Notes: generated by a model from the sequence alone, not told the origin. A stretch of 63,703 nt of DNA, filler included, from Sphacelaria rigidula (GCA_964200075.2; 7 parts of 7 records of this genome joined end to end with filler, not necessarily neighbours in it), one strand, 5' to 3'; shown: positions 1-13,200, counted from the first letter of the whole stretch. Made by a program: numbers and translations.

Positions 1-8
1 CTACTTAT

Positions 9-99
9 TGTCCATACCAAATTTCAGGGTCCAACTCCAAGTATTGGCCGTATAATCGGCCTGCAAACTGCAGAATCGCTTCTCGGCTGGCCCAGCTCG
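9..99 (+). mobile_element. Right end of a Tc1/mariner-like MITE family (terminus GGCTGGCCCAGCTCG followed by TA)
   Basis: The same ~90-bp end recurs at 18657-18747, 27488-27578 and 36528-36618. The inverted left-end form CGAGCTGGGCC occurs at 22201 and 22579. Confidence 0.65.
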
Positions 100-344
100 T
101 ATCGAAAAGAGGGAGCGGCACCATGTAAAAACAAGTTCTTTTGTTTTTGCGTTTGTTGTCCTTTCAGTTCACCTCTCCCCTTCCTTCCACGGATGAGTCC
201 ACGAGTGATGCTCATCATCTCTAGGGACCAATCACATGTTTTTTTCTCGATCGAGTGATGCTGGGATAACACCCCCCGCCACGCCGCCCCCCCCAGAGGA
301 GTAGCTGGTCCGAGGAGGCGAAATATATTTTTTCAAACAGAGGG

Positions 345-714
345 GGGAAAAGCCGAGCACGCCGAGCAGCTAGTAACTCCCACGCTTGGAACCGTTTTCG
401 CCAATGTCGCCCATACGAGGCGTATGCAGTTCGAAACCAGTTATTATCGCTGTATCGCTACTTTCTTTGTGACAGTTTTGGGGCCGGTTTGGAGGGGTGG
501 CTATTATAGCATCGCTCGATCTCACCTAAAAACGTGCTACCGAACATCAGAGAATTCCTCCCTCAGCTTGTCAACTTCCGCCTATTTCATATTTCCTTAC
601 TTTCACTCACTTCCTTACGCCCTCCAGTTTTCGGATGACACAAGCTAACAAAGACTGTGCGGATTCGAGGCTACGGACTTCGCCCAAACTGGCCGTCGAT
701 GAATCGCTGTCACA
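345..714 (+). mobile_element. LTR-retrotransposon 3' remnant: internal end, purine tract and probable LTR (502-~714)
   Basis: 345-510 aligns by eye with 60952-61120 (aaagccgagcac...cacgcttgg...gaggcg...ggtttgg-G-tract-ctat). The putative LTR ends in ...tgtcaca. Confidence 0.4.
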
Positions 715-846
715 ACCGCGGAGCACGGCGGCTTGGCCGTAACCGTAACTGCTCGCCCCCCCTCCAACAAAAAAAGTCCTCGTTGCTGTACTCAACACCT
801 TCGCCAGCACCATCGAAGAAAAACAGAAAACAAAAAAACGACTCAC

Positions 847-1186
847 CACTTCGATCTGCAAATTTCGAAGAGAAGTTTCTTCCAGAGGCGCAAGGGCAAA
901 CCCCACCGAAGCCCTCCCCGTCAGCCGCCGAGATCCAGAGCCGCGGGAGCCAGATCCTACACTGCTGCCGCCCCCGATGCTGCCGACAGTACGGCCGCCC
1001 CCACCGCCGGCCATAGCACTCGGCAAACTACCGCCTCCTTTAGTGTCACCCCCGGCCGCCGCCTCTTCGTCGATCATGACGCGAACACGAGTGAAGCGGC
1101 GGCGGCGGACGCGGGTGCCGTGCTCCGCCGGGGCGGGCAGGCCCGGGTTGGTGGACGTGAAGTCTCGGAAGGACGTCGCGTACGTC
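847..1186 (-). CDS. Internal coding exon with DysF C-terminal-like motif (W)TYATSFRDF...RVRRRRFTR followed by a Gly/Ser-rich stretch
   Basis: Acceptor ctccag| before 1186 and donor GTG|gtgagt after 847. The 340-bp frame is open (phase 2 to phase 0) and GC-rich. It matches the DysF pattern W-x-YA...VRRRR(W/F)xR. Confidence 0.6.
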
Positions 1187-2463
1187 CTGGAGTACGGCAG
1201 TCGGCAGGAAAACACACAAAAAGAGGAAGGGTCATCAAGGGCACCACTCGCAACAGCAACAGCTTGGTAAGTGACAACAAATGAATCATTTTTATTGGGG
1301 GGAGCACGGGTTTTGATCTTTCCAGATAGCGTGCGTGCGCGTGCTAGCTGAAACTCGGGTCGCAGGCATATCGGTTAGGATACAACGCTGTTCCGTCACC
1401 GAGGCCGTCCACCCGCCGCTCACCAGCCCTCCTCGTCGCACTGCGTGTAAGTCTTATCCACCTCCCAACCCGTGTCATCGTCAGCCCAGGCCCATCCACT
1501 TGGTGGTCTGGAGTCCAGCTTCTCTCTCTCCCCGCCTCCTGCATGATCGCTGTAGCGTCCGGGGTCAGACTTGAGGAGATACCGACTGCTCCAGCCCTAT
1601 TCTCATGGGAGGGGAGGTGGGGAAGGGGAGGGGGGGTATATTCATGACCATACATGCCATAGTCATAAGATGGGAAGGGGGGGTATGAGGCTAAGGGCTT
1701 TGGGATCGAACTAACCGTGCCACGCTTACGCCGTATCATACTTAGCCGTGCGTGCATGAATCATGACCGGTACAGTATAAGGTATATTTGGTCGTGAGAA
1801 ATGGACCACAAAAGACGGCGATTCCGCCGGGAACACACGTGGTGGTCATGCACATGCCAATATTTTACAACTCTCAACTCGTGCCCAGCGGGCGAGCTGT
1901 TGTTTTCGGGTCCATATTATCCAGAAAAAAAAATCACTCTCCAACTCACCAACATTCCCATCCCTTCCTCAAACATGATTTAAGAAGCAAATAAAATGAA
2001 ATATTATATTTCAATTTATATATATATGTGTGTGTAAAATAAGAGGGCGAGTGCCAACTCGAAAGCAGCTGGTGGCGATAACTAGTATGACGCACGCCGC
2101 GTAACAGTCCCAGGGCGAACTGTATCCCGTTGGCCAAAACCAACACCTCTTTCTCGAGAACATCTAGCCGAGCGCCCCTGTTCAACCGGCGTTCAACTAC
2201 ACCTACAGCTTTAGGCTATGCTCAAAATCGCGGGGTTGTCAGCTTCATCATCTCGGACATACCACACTTGAGCGCTTCGGGGTTCAACCATGTGTGCAGC
2301 AGATGCCGCAGATTGATCGTGAATCGACGAGTGTGCACAGGTGGTCGGAACAAGGTTTTGTCACAGAGGTAACGCCCTACAGTACAATTTGTCCGGGAGA
2401 AACGTGCGTATGGGTGGGGTATGCCACATTTTGGTTCCTTATTTGCTCGTCGCACTACTCGTC

Positions 2464-2826
2464 GGTCGTCCCGGTGGTTCAGTTGGTAACATCGAAACCT
2501 CATGACGGTTGGGTCATGGGTTCGAATCTCGGAGCGATCTGGGATTTGTTCCCACACAATGCCCAACAGTGGAGAACGCTTCTGTCGTGGGTACACAAAA
2601 AAATCGACTACATGGTCGACGAGGGAAAGGGGCCGCTGAACCCCTCTCGCGATAAAAAATAAAGGCAAGCACCACAGGAAGAATGTGGAGAACTGAATAA
2701 AGTAAAAATAAAACTCCGCATTGGCTCTCCTCCTGTGTGACCCCGGCTGGTGCGGCCCAAATATACCGAAATGTGTAGATCAGCGTCCAGAATAGATGGG
2801 GTGACGACACACACAGACGCACACAG
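2464..2826 (+). mobile_element. tRNA-derived SINE, full-length-looking copy
   Basis: A-box TGGTTCAGTTGG, B-box GGTTCGAATC, a body shared with other copies and an (AC)n-like tail. Other copies: 26005-26486(-), 6247-6341(-), 45431-45475, 54490-54527. Confidence 0.75.
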
Positions 2827-5089
2827 CAGCTCATCACATCACGAGATCTCAGAATCCTGTTGTGGTCACAAGATATAGACGTACACGACGCACGTAAACG
2901 GAAGAGTTGCTGATGGACACCCCACCTTGAGAAAAGGGGGAAATGGGGATAAGGATGAAACGGACAGACGACGAGTGGCATGAACGCCAGGCTGAGAGCA
3001 AGGACCGGCCCCGAAAACCCCGACACACTCCTTGCCGAGTTTCAGGCGGGAGGCCGTACAAAACGCAAGGTCATGACAAGAGCATTACGACTCAGGTACT
3101 TACTACTTGAAGACCGTATTGTTAGACAGCAAGTCTCAGCTTCAACTCTACAGGAAGGAGATACAAACACTAGTATGGCAGGTTTAGCAAAGAAAACGGG
3201 GGGGCGTGTGTGTGTGTGAAGAAAACAAGAAAAAGGTGAAAACTAAGCGTACAACTGTCGGGAGGCTTCGGCACGGTGAGATCGGAAATGCCCCCGAGCG
3301 GAATCATCAAAACATCAGCTAATCCGGAGGCTGAATAGGCTCTATCCGCGCAAGTGAGGAATAATCATTACTTGGACTACTTTCCAGTACGTTAGTAAAT
3401 GGGTACAAATGGGAAGGGAGATCCTACGCGGTATGTTTTTCACAGAAAACACTCACCATCGGCAGCGCTCAACAATGGCGTTACACACACCGTAGACTAG
3501 CACTCAGCTCATCCTGCAAGTGGCGCTGTACTTTAGCCAGTCGTGACTTTATGCTTTGTGCCACGTGCCTAGACTCTGCATTCTCTGGGCTGGGCTACAT
3601 AAAAATGTAACTTGGAAACACAATGGCGTGATCAAAATATATGTTTTCAAAATGCCGAGATACTGCTATCCGCGATTCCTTTATCTAGCAGACGTGACGT
3701 TTTTGACGATATCACCAGTGGCAGGTGCGTGTGCACGATGGACTTTAGTTTATGTATGTAGTGTGCCCGCCGTGGAAGCCGAGATCATTTTTAGCCAGCG
3801 AGAGCCGATGCGCCTACACACACATGATTTGCAACATGAAAAAAAAAGGCAGCGAACCAAAGTTGGCCGCCTGTTGGGTTTCGTGAATGGTGGTACCACG
3901 GCCGCATGTATACAAGGGACATATCCTTTCATGCTGTCACAGGGTCTCTAACAGAGCGTGCCTGTGGCGCCTTGCCAGTTCGGAGCGCAGGGGGCTCGCT
4001 CGCGCGCTCTCTGTTTCCACCATGCAGAGTGCACAGTGCACGACCGTGCAAGCAGGGAATTTTGCTACAAGGTATGCATACTAGTGCCCAACTGGTACAG
4101 TACTAGGGATCCACGAGGGCGAAAATTGAGGGTTTACATTCCGGCCGATGCATGTGCGGTTCCCTGTGATAACTATCTGATTTCCGTCGTTAAAAACACG
4201 AGGGCATGAGTCGCAGAGGAAGTTCATCAGAAGAGGGTCGACGTGGGGCGGGAGGGCTGATCCAATACGACATGTAAGGCTTATGCCGGGGAGAGATGGC
4301 TTGATTCCTCAAGGCCACGGATTCGTCCCGAGGAAGGAGAGGGATGACTGGATATATGACTACAATAAAACAAGACATATCCCATGGTATTGACGCGACC
4401 GCGATAGTGTCCGTACAGCAAACATGACGAGCTGCACCACGGAACCGATGCCCGTAAAATGGGGGAGTTAAACCTCCAGCAGAAGCGGGCATGCATCAAT
4501 GCAGGCGGTATATCACGGTGAGGTGTACGTTCTATTAGCTGAAGTCATGTTCCGCAGTTTTAATTATCTCGAGCTCAGACAGGAGGTCATCGTGGGAACA
4601 GGACTGGGCGCTGTTAGCTTCAACAGCTCGCTTCACGGGCGATACCGCACATGGGAGAAAGCTGCATGACGCATGAGATTCGTTACAGCACCTGTCGCAA
4701 GCGGTTTTTGCTGAAAATATTTCTATATCCGCTAGAACAGGGCGAGCTGGTGCAGGGTTCTTTAGATGCGGGTCCCACTCTGTGCGCATCGATTTTGAAA
4801 CACACATCCTTGTCTGCTGTACATGAAATATGCTGTTTGTTGCTATGTGTTCGACACTGCTTCGGGGGTACTACCTGCTCACTGCACAGCGGCAGGGTGC
4901 AGGGTGACAAAGCACACCACAGAACGTCACATCCTTAGCCTATCCCTGCGCTGCATTGATTTCGTGTTGTCCTATGCAGTTCGCCACATCATGCACGCAA
5001 CCGCTTGTATCTGCGGTCAACGTGTACGCGGGATATCACCCTTCGCTACGCCCTATATCGCTACGACACATTTTGTGAAGCTCTCCGTG

Positions 5090-5470
5090 TTGCAGCTACA
5101 GCGTGCGTTTGCCCCAGGTTGCGCACGCAGGAGTGAAAGGCCGCCTCTGCTGCTGTCATGGCTGCCTGTACCTTGGGCTAAGCTGTATGGCAACACAGCC
5201 GCTATGGCGCGAAAGCCGCCTGTAGCATTTCATATCCTGGAGATTTTTATACACTGTTGTCTCGAAGTGTAACGTTGCAGTTACCGACTTGAGGTACGAG
5301 TATTACACAAACTATAGTAGGCAACATATATTTTGAGCGCAGTACACTTTTGACACCGTGTTCGTACTGATTGTAGAATCTTCGTCTAGGGTCTGGGACA
5401 TTTCAACATATAATGCAGGATCTGATACATTTTTATGTATAACCTGGTGCGGTGAGATGGTGGAAAAACC
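5090..5470 (+). repeat. Interspersed repeat, unclassified
   Basis: Homologous to 24470-24850 (shared gctgtatgg..cacagccgctatgg.gcg.aagcc and gtactga.tgtagaa blocks). Confidence 0.6.
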
Positions 5471-6018
5471 CACTACATCTGGGCGAACTGCAGGCGAGGC
5501 AATGGTCAGAATATTCACCTGTGAACTCTGCAACAGTGCACTGTAAGTTGATATCGCTAGAAGGACACTACCATGACTACCTTGCCGGCTGCCAGACTGT
5601 CAGGATCTTGTATCCGCTAGCATTGCTACTGTCTGCATGGGGATGTTGCCCACTTGTCGGGTACGTAAGGCAGGGTCCATGGCAGAACGCAGCGGTCGCG
5701 TGCGATAAGCTTAACCTTGACGTGTCGAGCTTTTCGGACCGGCAAACGTTCAGCCTAGCCCCTCACATATATGGTGGGGCCTAGATGCTGTTTATTTTCT
5801 GGTTTTCTGCGAGCGTTCATCCCTAACTGAGCGAAGATTGACGATGACGCCTGAAGGATCTGTGCGATCTGCGAACCTGACCAAAGTTGTACATACTATA
5901 TTCGTCATCAGACAGGAGGTGGTAAGAGACAAAAATAATCTGAATAAAATGGTATCCGCCGTTTCAATGCAGATCGGGCCCACAGCGCTTTGTGCAGCCA
6001 CGACTGCGACTCCGACAC

Positions 6019-6097
6019 CTTGCTGTAGTACCAATCAATACATCCTGGAAGATTCGGCGTCAATACAAGCGGGGTGCGGATTTTTTCGGCGTCTAAC
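6019..6097 (-). CDS. Putative internal exon (W)LDAEKIRTPLVLTPNLPGCIDWYYSK of the DysF-like gene
   Basis: Acceptor tttttgcag| and donor AAG|gtgtcg. Phase-compatible with exon 6786-6853. Confidence 0.4.
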
Positions 6098-6246
6098 CTG
6101 CAAAAACACCGCCTCCATAACATTGAAAAATTGAAAATGAACACAGGGCGAGAGTGAGTCATGTGTTGAATCATCAACATCACTTGAAAAAAGTATGATT
6201 GGTCCAGATGGACTACCCTCGCGGTCTGAAAAGGGTCAACAAGCCA

Positions 6247-6341
6247 TGTGTGTGTTGTCATCCCACCTGTTCTGGACGCCAGTCTACACCTTTCGGTATA
6301 TTTGGGCGCATCAGCTAGGGTCACAGAGGAAGGTCAACACA
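6247..6341 (-). mobile_element. SINE 3' fragment
   Basis: Reverse complement matches 2720-2815 of the SINE. Confidence 0.65.
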
Positions 6342-6785
6342 TGAGTTTTTTTGAAGCCATGCAGGATTGTATTGCCGTATCTCGAGCACAACAGCTGAAA
6401 AAAAAACCGTGAAGAAAGTGTGTAAAACGATAAATAGTTTGTGCATTTCTGTCCTTCACAAAAGAAGTGGTTCCACGGCAAGGAGACATTCCCGTCATTT
6501 TTTCCCGCATGCGGCGGCAAAAACTAGTGACCGAACCTTGGCCCAACGAAAATTCCGGCAGCGAGCATTGGAAGATTTCGGATCGTACGAATCATCATTC
6601 GTCCGAAAATGACGATGGATCATATTTGTACAATCCTCCCGAAGACCGTACCATGCGACGGTCCTCGGAACGCTTGGGATTTCAAAATGTGAAGCCGATA
6701 TATATATATTTGCTTTACTTTGAATATCTCACTTGCTTGGAGTAGGTCCGATTCAACCCGTTTCTTCCACGGGATCTCTCTTTAC

Positions 6786-6853
6786 CATTTAATAACGAGG
6801 ATTGGATCAGCACTCCCGAAGCCGCGCGAGTTTCGCGTTGGGATGAACCACTT
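6786..6853 (-). CDS. Putative internal exon KWFIPTRNSRGFGSADPILVIK
   Basis: Polypyrimidine acceptor ttctcccctcttcctcag| and donor TG|gtaaag. Phase 0 to phase 2 fits both neighbouring exons. Confidence 0.45.
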
Positions 6854-7380
6854 CTGAGGAAGAGGGGAGAACAGTATCCACCCCAGTACATGACAGTCTG
6901 TACAGAAAAGTTATGCGGTACAATATCGCCGTAACCAATCCCCTGATCGGGAGGTCGGCCACTTGAGTCCGCGTGTACGACCTCACCCCTAGCGCAGTGA
7001 GTAACGATGATGCCACACTCTTTGCATTCAAAGGTGAACGGCACCTCACTTTGCTCGCCGCTCTGTCCCCACGGTACGGTCCTAACTGTTGTACTGTGTA
7101 CATACTGCAGTCAGTGGTAAATCAATACTGCACTCTTTTAGCTAGACTGACGTCCTGTCCTGCAACGACTACGATGTAGTGCTCATATTTACGCACACTT
7201 TTACTCGCACACACTCACGAGAATAAGCAAGTCAACACTCAGCGCACTTGCTGGACAAAACACTACAGCCATCCGCAGCCCGATCTGTAGCCCGCACAGC
7301 AGGCGAACGAGTACCCGTAGGTTGATGAAACCACAAATCGGCCTTCGAAGCATGAGTATTGTTGTCGGTCGATCACACAC

Positions 7381-7463
7381 CTTGAACGACCGATTTCGCT
7401 GATTCTGGAACAGCTCCACCACCTGCTCCACCCTTCCCATCTCATCACTCGACATGGCGCCGC
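7381..7463 (-). CDS. Putative exon GGAMSSDEMGRVEQVVELFQNQRNRSFK with DysF N-terminal-like motif (ELFQNQR)
   Basis: Acceptor tag| and donor AAG|gtgtgt. ELFQNQR resembles the DysF E-x-F-ENQR motif. It could alternatively be a first exon starting at the ATG at 7455. Confidence 0.5.
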
Positions 7464-8033
7464 CTAGTATACCTCTCTACGAAAAAACCAATCGCGCTTG
7501 CTTGCCCAGCTCTCACAATTCACCAGTAGTACACAGCAGGATAGGGTGTTACCAATATAGCACCCCCCCCGCCGCTGCAGTCCGTACCGAAGTCACTTGG
7601 CGTGATTGGCCCGTTGTCAGTTTCCCGTTCGTTACACTTTAATGAGTGGGATCAATCAAGAGCGGACGGTCAACAGCGGCAAACAGTCAGCGCCAGGTAC
7701 CAGTTTCAGCTCCTTGTCAGTGTAGAGCTATGGGAAACTTCTGTATCAGTGGAGGGTTATGAAGGCAACCAGAAAATGCCTGCAAAATGCAACAATCGGT
7801 GAAAAACGGGTGAAGCTCGAATTCAGTTGCAACACAGATGTATACCAAACCGTAGAGAAAAACACCAGCAGACAGAGGCTCGCGTTCGGTCGAGGTTTGA
7901 AATTCAAAGGCCAACATCGTGATTTGCCTAGCACCTCTCTGCATCATGCAGCGAAGCGAGGCTCTGCAAAAGCACTCCGATTGAAATTTGATATATGCAC
8001 ACTGATTACGCTTTCAGCAAGCATCTCGCTCAC

Positions 8034-8151
8034 CTAATGTCTTTGATCGATTAGACAGACGTTGCAGCAGGAGCCCGCCATTCGGGGTCTCATCAATAGC
8101 AGTAGGGGTCGGTGCGAGAAGGGGGGTGGTATTGGTTTTCGTTTTCACAAT
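8034..8151 (-). CDS. Putative exon IVKTKTNTTPLLAPTPTAIDETPNGGLLLQRLSNRSKTL
   Basis: Acceptor ggtttcag| and donor AG|gtgagc. The phase-1 end matches the start of exon 7381-7463. Confidence 0.35.
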
Positions 8152-9016
8152 CTGAAACCGAACGCGGTGATTTATCAACCGGGAGGCATTAGGCCGCAAT
8201 TGAGAAGATGAAATCTAAATCTACTGTACAGCACAGAATGTTTTCAATTGACAACCCCGCCCATATTGCCGGCTGCCGGGTTCTGTAGAGTAAACAGAGC
8301 GAATAAGCATCGTGCTCTTATATCTGTATCCGTCCCCCCCTTCTCCTCGAACAGCTGCGGTAGATTCTTAGTACATGGTATTGTCGTCCACACACCGATA
8401 TACAGGGTTTTGCAGTAGTGAAGCAGCTGCTGCTCCAACGCGGTCAACGATGTGGTACGATACACGGACAACAGAAAGAACGAGGAGGCCGGACAAGCCA
8501 TACCTACAATCCAAGCAGTACAGCACAGCACAGTACAGTACAGCATAGAGTTATTTTCCAACTAGGAAGTGCAGCAGTACAGACAGTGTTGGACTTGCTA
8601 CTTACCGTTTCGTGACCTCTGACCCTCGCTGGCCGCAGGATGATTCCAACCGCTCAAGGTCCAAAAATATGCCGTTGATTGATTTCGATTTATCGTCGCA
8701 CAACAGTAACAGCAGTGATTGATCCCCGCGGGACCAGGCCATGGTTGCAAGACGGACGTACCCAATGTAAACAAAGCGGAAACCCTCGCTAAGGAAAAAT
8801 GGAAGGGGGGAAAACAAAAAGACAGAACAAATGATATAAAAACAAGAAAACGAAAAAGGGCAAGAGACAAATATTGGCGGTGCAGATAGATGCATTTAGC
8901 TTGATTGAGCAAGCATTGCAGAGAATTATGGTATTTATTTGCTCCTGTTAACAGCCGATTTTATATTTTGGGGTTCATACAAAATATGGGGCTGAAGTGG
9001 CATATCTGTCTTGCAC

Positions 9017-9116
9017 NNNNNNNNNNNNNNNNNNNNNNNNNNNNNNNNNNNNNNNNNNNNTTAATTAATTAANNNNNNNNNNNNNNNNNNNNNNNNNNNN
9101 NNNNNNNNNNNNNNNN
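9017..9116. other. Artificial contig linker N44-TTAATTAATTAA-N44 (also 18132-18231, 27247-27346, 36362-36461, 45476-45575, 54590-54689)
   Basis: Six identical 100-bp spacers with stop codons in all six frames, separating size-sorted contigs. Confidence 0.97.
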
Positions 9117-10244
9117 CTAACAATTCTAACCTCAGAAATTATTTCTGTACCCCTACCGTAGCATCACTCAGCCCGCGAAACTGGCGACAAACCTTTCTCG
9201 CTCAGTTTCCCCGGCATTTTGCAGGAGCACTACGGACGGCCGCTCAAATCGACCCCCGTCTTCACCTCCTCGCATAAAGTGCAACAGTTGCGTGAACTCA
9301 CGACTTAGCTCTACGCTCGGCTCTAGACTTGGTCCTTCAGAACTGAGTGTAAATCTGAGGTGTGGGAACACCAGCGGCCGGTCTATGAGACAAAGACTTC
9401 CCTCAGCGGTCGCACGCGCAGGCAGTGGTGCATCTCACTCGACTGCTTCAAGTGGCGCTGGTCTCATTTTGACCACTTCGGGCCAAGTAACACCCACCCA
9501 GCTCGAAGGAGTTCGTTCTTCGCGTTCATTACACAACGCAAAACTACCCCTGAAAGGCTCCAAGAATAACCGTCCCAATTTACAATCGGCTATGACTCGT
9601 CAGCCAAGCTTGCCAACGGAAAGTCCACAAGCTTCGCCCGAGCATGCCCCGATGTTGACCCCATCCACACGACTGGACGCAGTTGTGTTGCCCCAAAAAG
9701 TTATGGAATATCCCCGACTATCGTCACGGCGAAAGAGGAAGCCCCGTAAAGGTGCCCCCGAGGAAGCGCGCGCATCATCACGCACACCTCTTTCGAGCGG
9801 AAAACCTCGACCTCAATCTCTGCTAAATGCGACGACTTTGCGCTCGACGGCTTCATCAAGCATCCCGGAAGAAACAAATTCACATATTTCTGACGCCACT
9901 GCTTCTTCGATCGACGGCCCTAGCAACGCAAAATCTGGGTCCACCTTAGATGTTGATCCCTGCCTACCCAAGATGGTCATTTACGATATCGCTAACGATC
10001 AGTCTACCCGTGCCTCACCTGGGAATCATATACCGGTCACCACTTTTTCTGGTGAAAAGGCTGACCCACCGGCGGATCACCCCCCGTCCGTTTTTGCTGT
10101 CAGCCCTGCCGATCCTGACCAATTTACCTTGCCGGAACATGGTCCGGATCTTGTCGGCGGTAAAGTGTCTGTGGACCCGACCACTTTCACTACACGCGTC
10201 GCGATCCACTCTCGTCCAAACGCTACCCGCCTACGAAATGCGTA

Positions 10245-13200
10245 TCCCTGTTGGACAGCGGCAGCCCGCAAACGTTCATTCGACAATCAACATGGGAACA
10301 CATAAAACAAACTGGCGCTGCTACCGCAGCTTGTGAAACCACCACCCACCCTCGAGTATGGGGCGGCTTCGGTAATTCTACCGCACCTCTGACAACACGA
10401 AAATCCGTACGTCTCAGTGTGCAATGTTTCACAATACTACTCATTCTGCCAGCCTGGCTGTCTGGGCCTTCAATGTCCCCGACAGTATCATGCATCACGC
10501 CATATTATTTAGCAGAGATAGCTAAATGCGGTTTAATAAACGAACCTACCGCACGCTTCCACCAGTATCGCCACAACCCACGTCTCTCGGAGAATTCAAC
10601 CTTGAACACTTTGGTACACTCCACGGTGCTCTGGCCTACCAAAAGAATACTCAAGCAACCGGAGCTGCTTACCCCCCTACGATACAATGGTAGTGTTGGT
10701 ATTACACTCTCCGACGATCCTCAACTTGTAGGAGTTGCATTAGTTCGCCAAAATGGCATGCGTGCCCTTACGGGGCATTATCTTGCCGAAATGTTACCCC
10801 ATATTGGTAGACCAGCTGACACAGAACGTTTTGTCTCGACGGGACAACAACTTCTCCCTCTTACGGGACATGCTAACTTGGAACCCGGCGATATTTTAGG
10901 AATCGCCGCCGCTCCACTGATGCACATCCCACTTGAAACGTGCGTAAGAGAGCCTGCCGAGCGCGACGCACCATCTCCGACGGAGTCAGCCCATTGTGTC
11001 GATGAACCATTTTTCGATCTCGCCTCTGCGACTCCACCCCAGATCCACACCGTGGATCCTGCCCAGTCAATTTCCGATCCTCCTTCTGAAGTGGTCCAAG
11101 GCCTATCACCAGATTCTCGGAGTGGTTTCTTGCAAATGTGGAACCAACTGCCGCCACACATGCGTGATATCAATTCTGATCTTCATGGGGCCGGCTGGGA
11201 ACCACCAGTCATCCAAGCGCTCAGTGATGTCCTGCTATAGTACCAAAACCAATTTTCCAGATCCAAAACGGATCTTGGGCACTGCAAAACGCTGCTCTTT
11301 GAGGTTACACTCCAACCCGGGGTCTCGCCAATATCGTCGCGACCATACCAGACAAACCCAATCCTTACCAAAGAGTGAATGCCATCTTAGATGCATATTT
11401 GGGAGCGGGATTAATACAACATTCCTCCTCTTCGTGGGCCTCGCCACTTGTGGTCGTCCCCCAAAAGGATGGCAACATACGCATAACCGTGAATTACCAA
11501 CGGTTGAACCGCGTCACTGTGATTAGCAAACTTCCAATCCCCCGTATCGATGAAGTCCTCGACTCTTTAGGCCAAGGGTAAATATTTAGCACTTTCGACT
11601 TCGCTTCTGGATTTTTTCCAGAATGCAATACACCCTTACACAGTCCCATTTACGACCTTCTGTACCTCGTCCGGGCTCTACGAGTGGCTTCGAATGCCAC
11701 AAGGCGCTGCCACTGCCCCGGGATGCTTTCAACGCTTAATGCAACGCCTCACCGAGGGTCTCGAGCACATCATCATGTACTTCGACGACGCCATCGCTTT
11801 CGATGCCTCACCTATCGAAGACATCCGCACTCTCCGAGAATTTCTCGCTCGTTTACGAACACACGACTTGGAACTGGCTCCATCCAAAGCTCGCCTTGAC
11901 GCGACTGATTTGGATTTCTTGGGACATTCATTTTTGCCAGCACGCCTACATCCGGATGCAAACAAAGTCAAAGCGATGGCTGACTTACCGATGCCCACCA
12001 ACATTTCTCAACTTCGCTCATTGTTGGGCGGACTATCCTACTACCGCAAATATTTGCTGAATTTATCCAAACGGACTCGCCCCCTTGCTGAGCTACTCAA
12101 GAAAGGAGCCGTGTTTACCTTCACCATCAATATGGAGAAGATTACCCGCGAATTGCTGAAAATGCTCACCGAAAAACCGGTACTCTGTTTCCCTGATTGG
12201 AAGGCAGTACAAGATGGCTCTTGCCTTTTCCAACTACACACTGACGCCAGCACAGACGGGTTTGGAGGAGGTTTGAATCAACCACAGGTTGACGGCTCCA
12301 TTCGATCCATCCTCTACATCAGCCGTGCCACCCTACCCAACGAGGCCAACTGAAGTCCGCTAGAATTGGAGGGAGGAGTAATCACCTGGGCCATTAAGCG
12401 CCTCCGAAAATATGTGTTTCACGTGCCATTTGAGATTTACACGGATCATGGGACACTCGAACAACTCGCCAAGGTTGGCGAACACAACCCGCGTGTACAA
12501 CGATGGTTGGAATTTCTAACAGCGTACCAGCGTACCAGTATACCATAAAGCACCGTCCAGGCAAAACCAACGGAAACGCTGACCTTCTTTCCAGATTATC
12601 CATGCCGCCTACGGCCGCAGATTTCAGCCCGGCTTGCCGTTTAACGGAACCCGATGAACCTGTGATTTGCCCTATAAGACGTTTTTCAACGCCCGTTTAT
12701 GCCCTTGACTTACAGTGTCCAGAGACTGGTATGCACATGGGCGGTCTTCGCCCTTTACCAATTGGCGCCATTTTGGATGAACTAAAACCCACTACCTCCG
12801 ATTTTATCGATTTCCGCGCTCTTGGTACTCGCGCGAAGCTTTTCACGGAGACACCTTCGGTCATCCACCTAATATCCGATAACACGCGCTCCCGGTCTGT
12901 AGCCCGCACCACGCTCCTGAGTGCCCCGCCGCCACCGATAACAGCTACGAACCCCACGAGCCACGCAGCGCCGGTCCAACGGACCAGTAAGCAACGCTGC
13001 GCGAAAAATCCTGCAACATCCACCACGCGCCGCGAAAAAGCTTTGCCGCGCACTGCTACAACCCCGCCGCCCACAACGGCGCCGCCTACAATTACCACTC
13101 CTGAGCATAGAGCCGAGGACTCAGCTCCTGCTCCCAGGGAAGATATTGACGTCAGCATTCCTGCCCTGTCGCCTATTCCCGCGCTGCCAACCACACCATG

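Noticed and set aside
2464..2540. Functional tRNA gene
   Set aside because: No convincing acceptor stem or terminator, and it continues into a shared repeat body in several copies, so it is called a SINE head.
4190..4640. Further candidate exons of the minus-strand DysF-like gene
   Set aside because: Open frames exist, but I could not find phase-consistent donor/acceptor pairs.
9061..9072. TTAATTAATTAA recurring every ~9115 bp as a biological periodic signal
   Set aside because: It is always centred in N runs and is a six-frame stop linker added during assembly.
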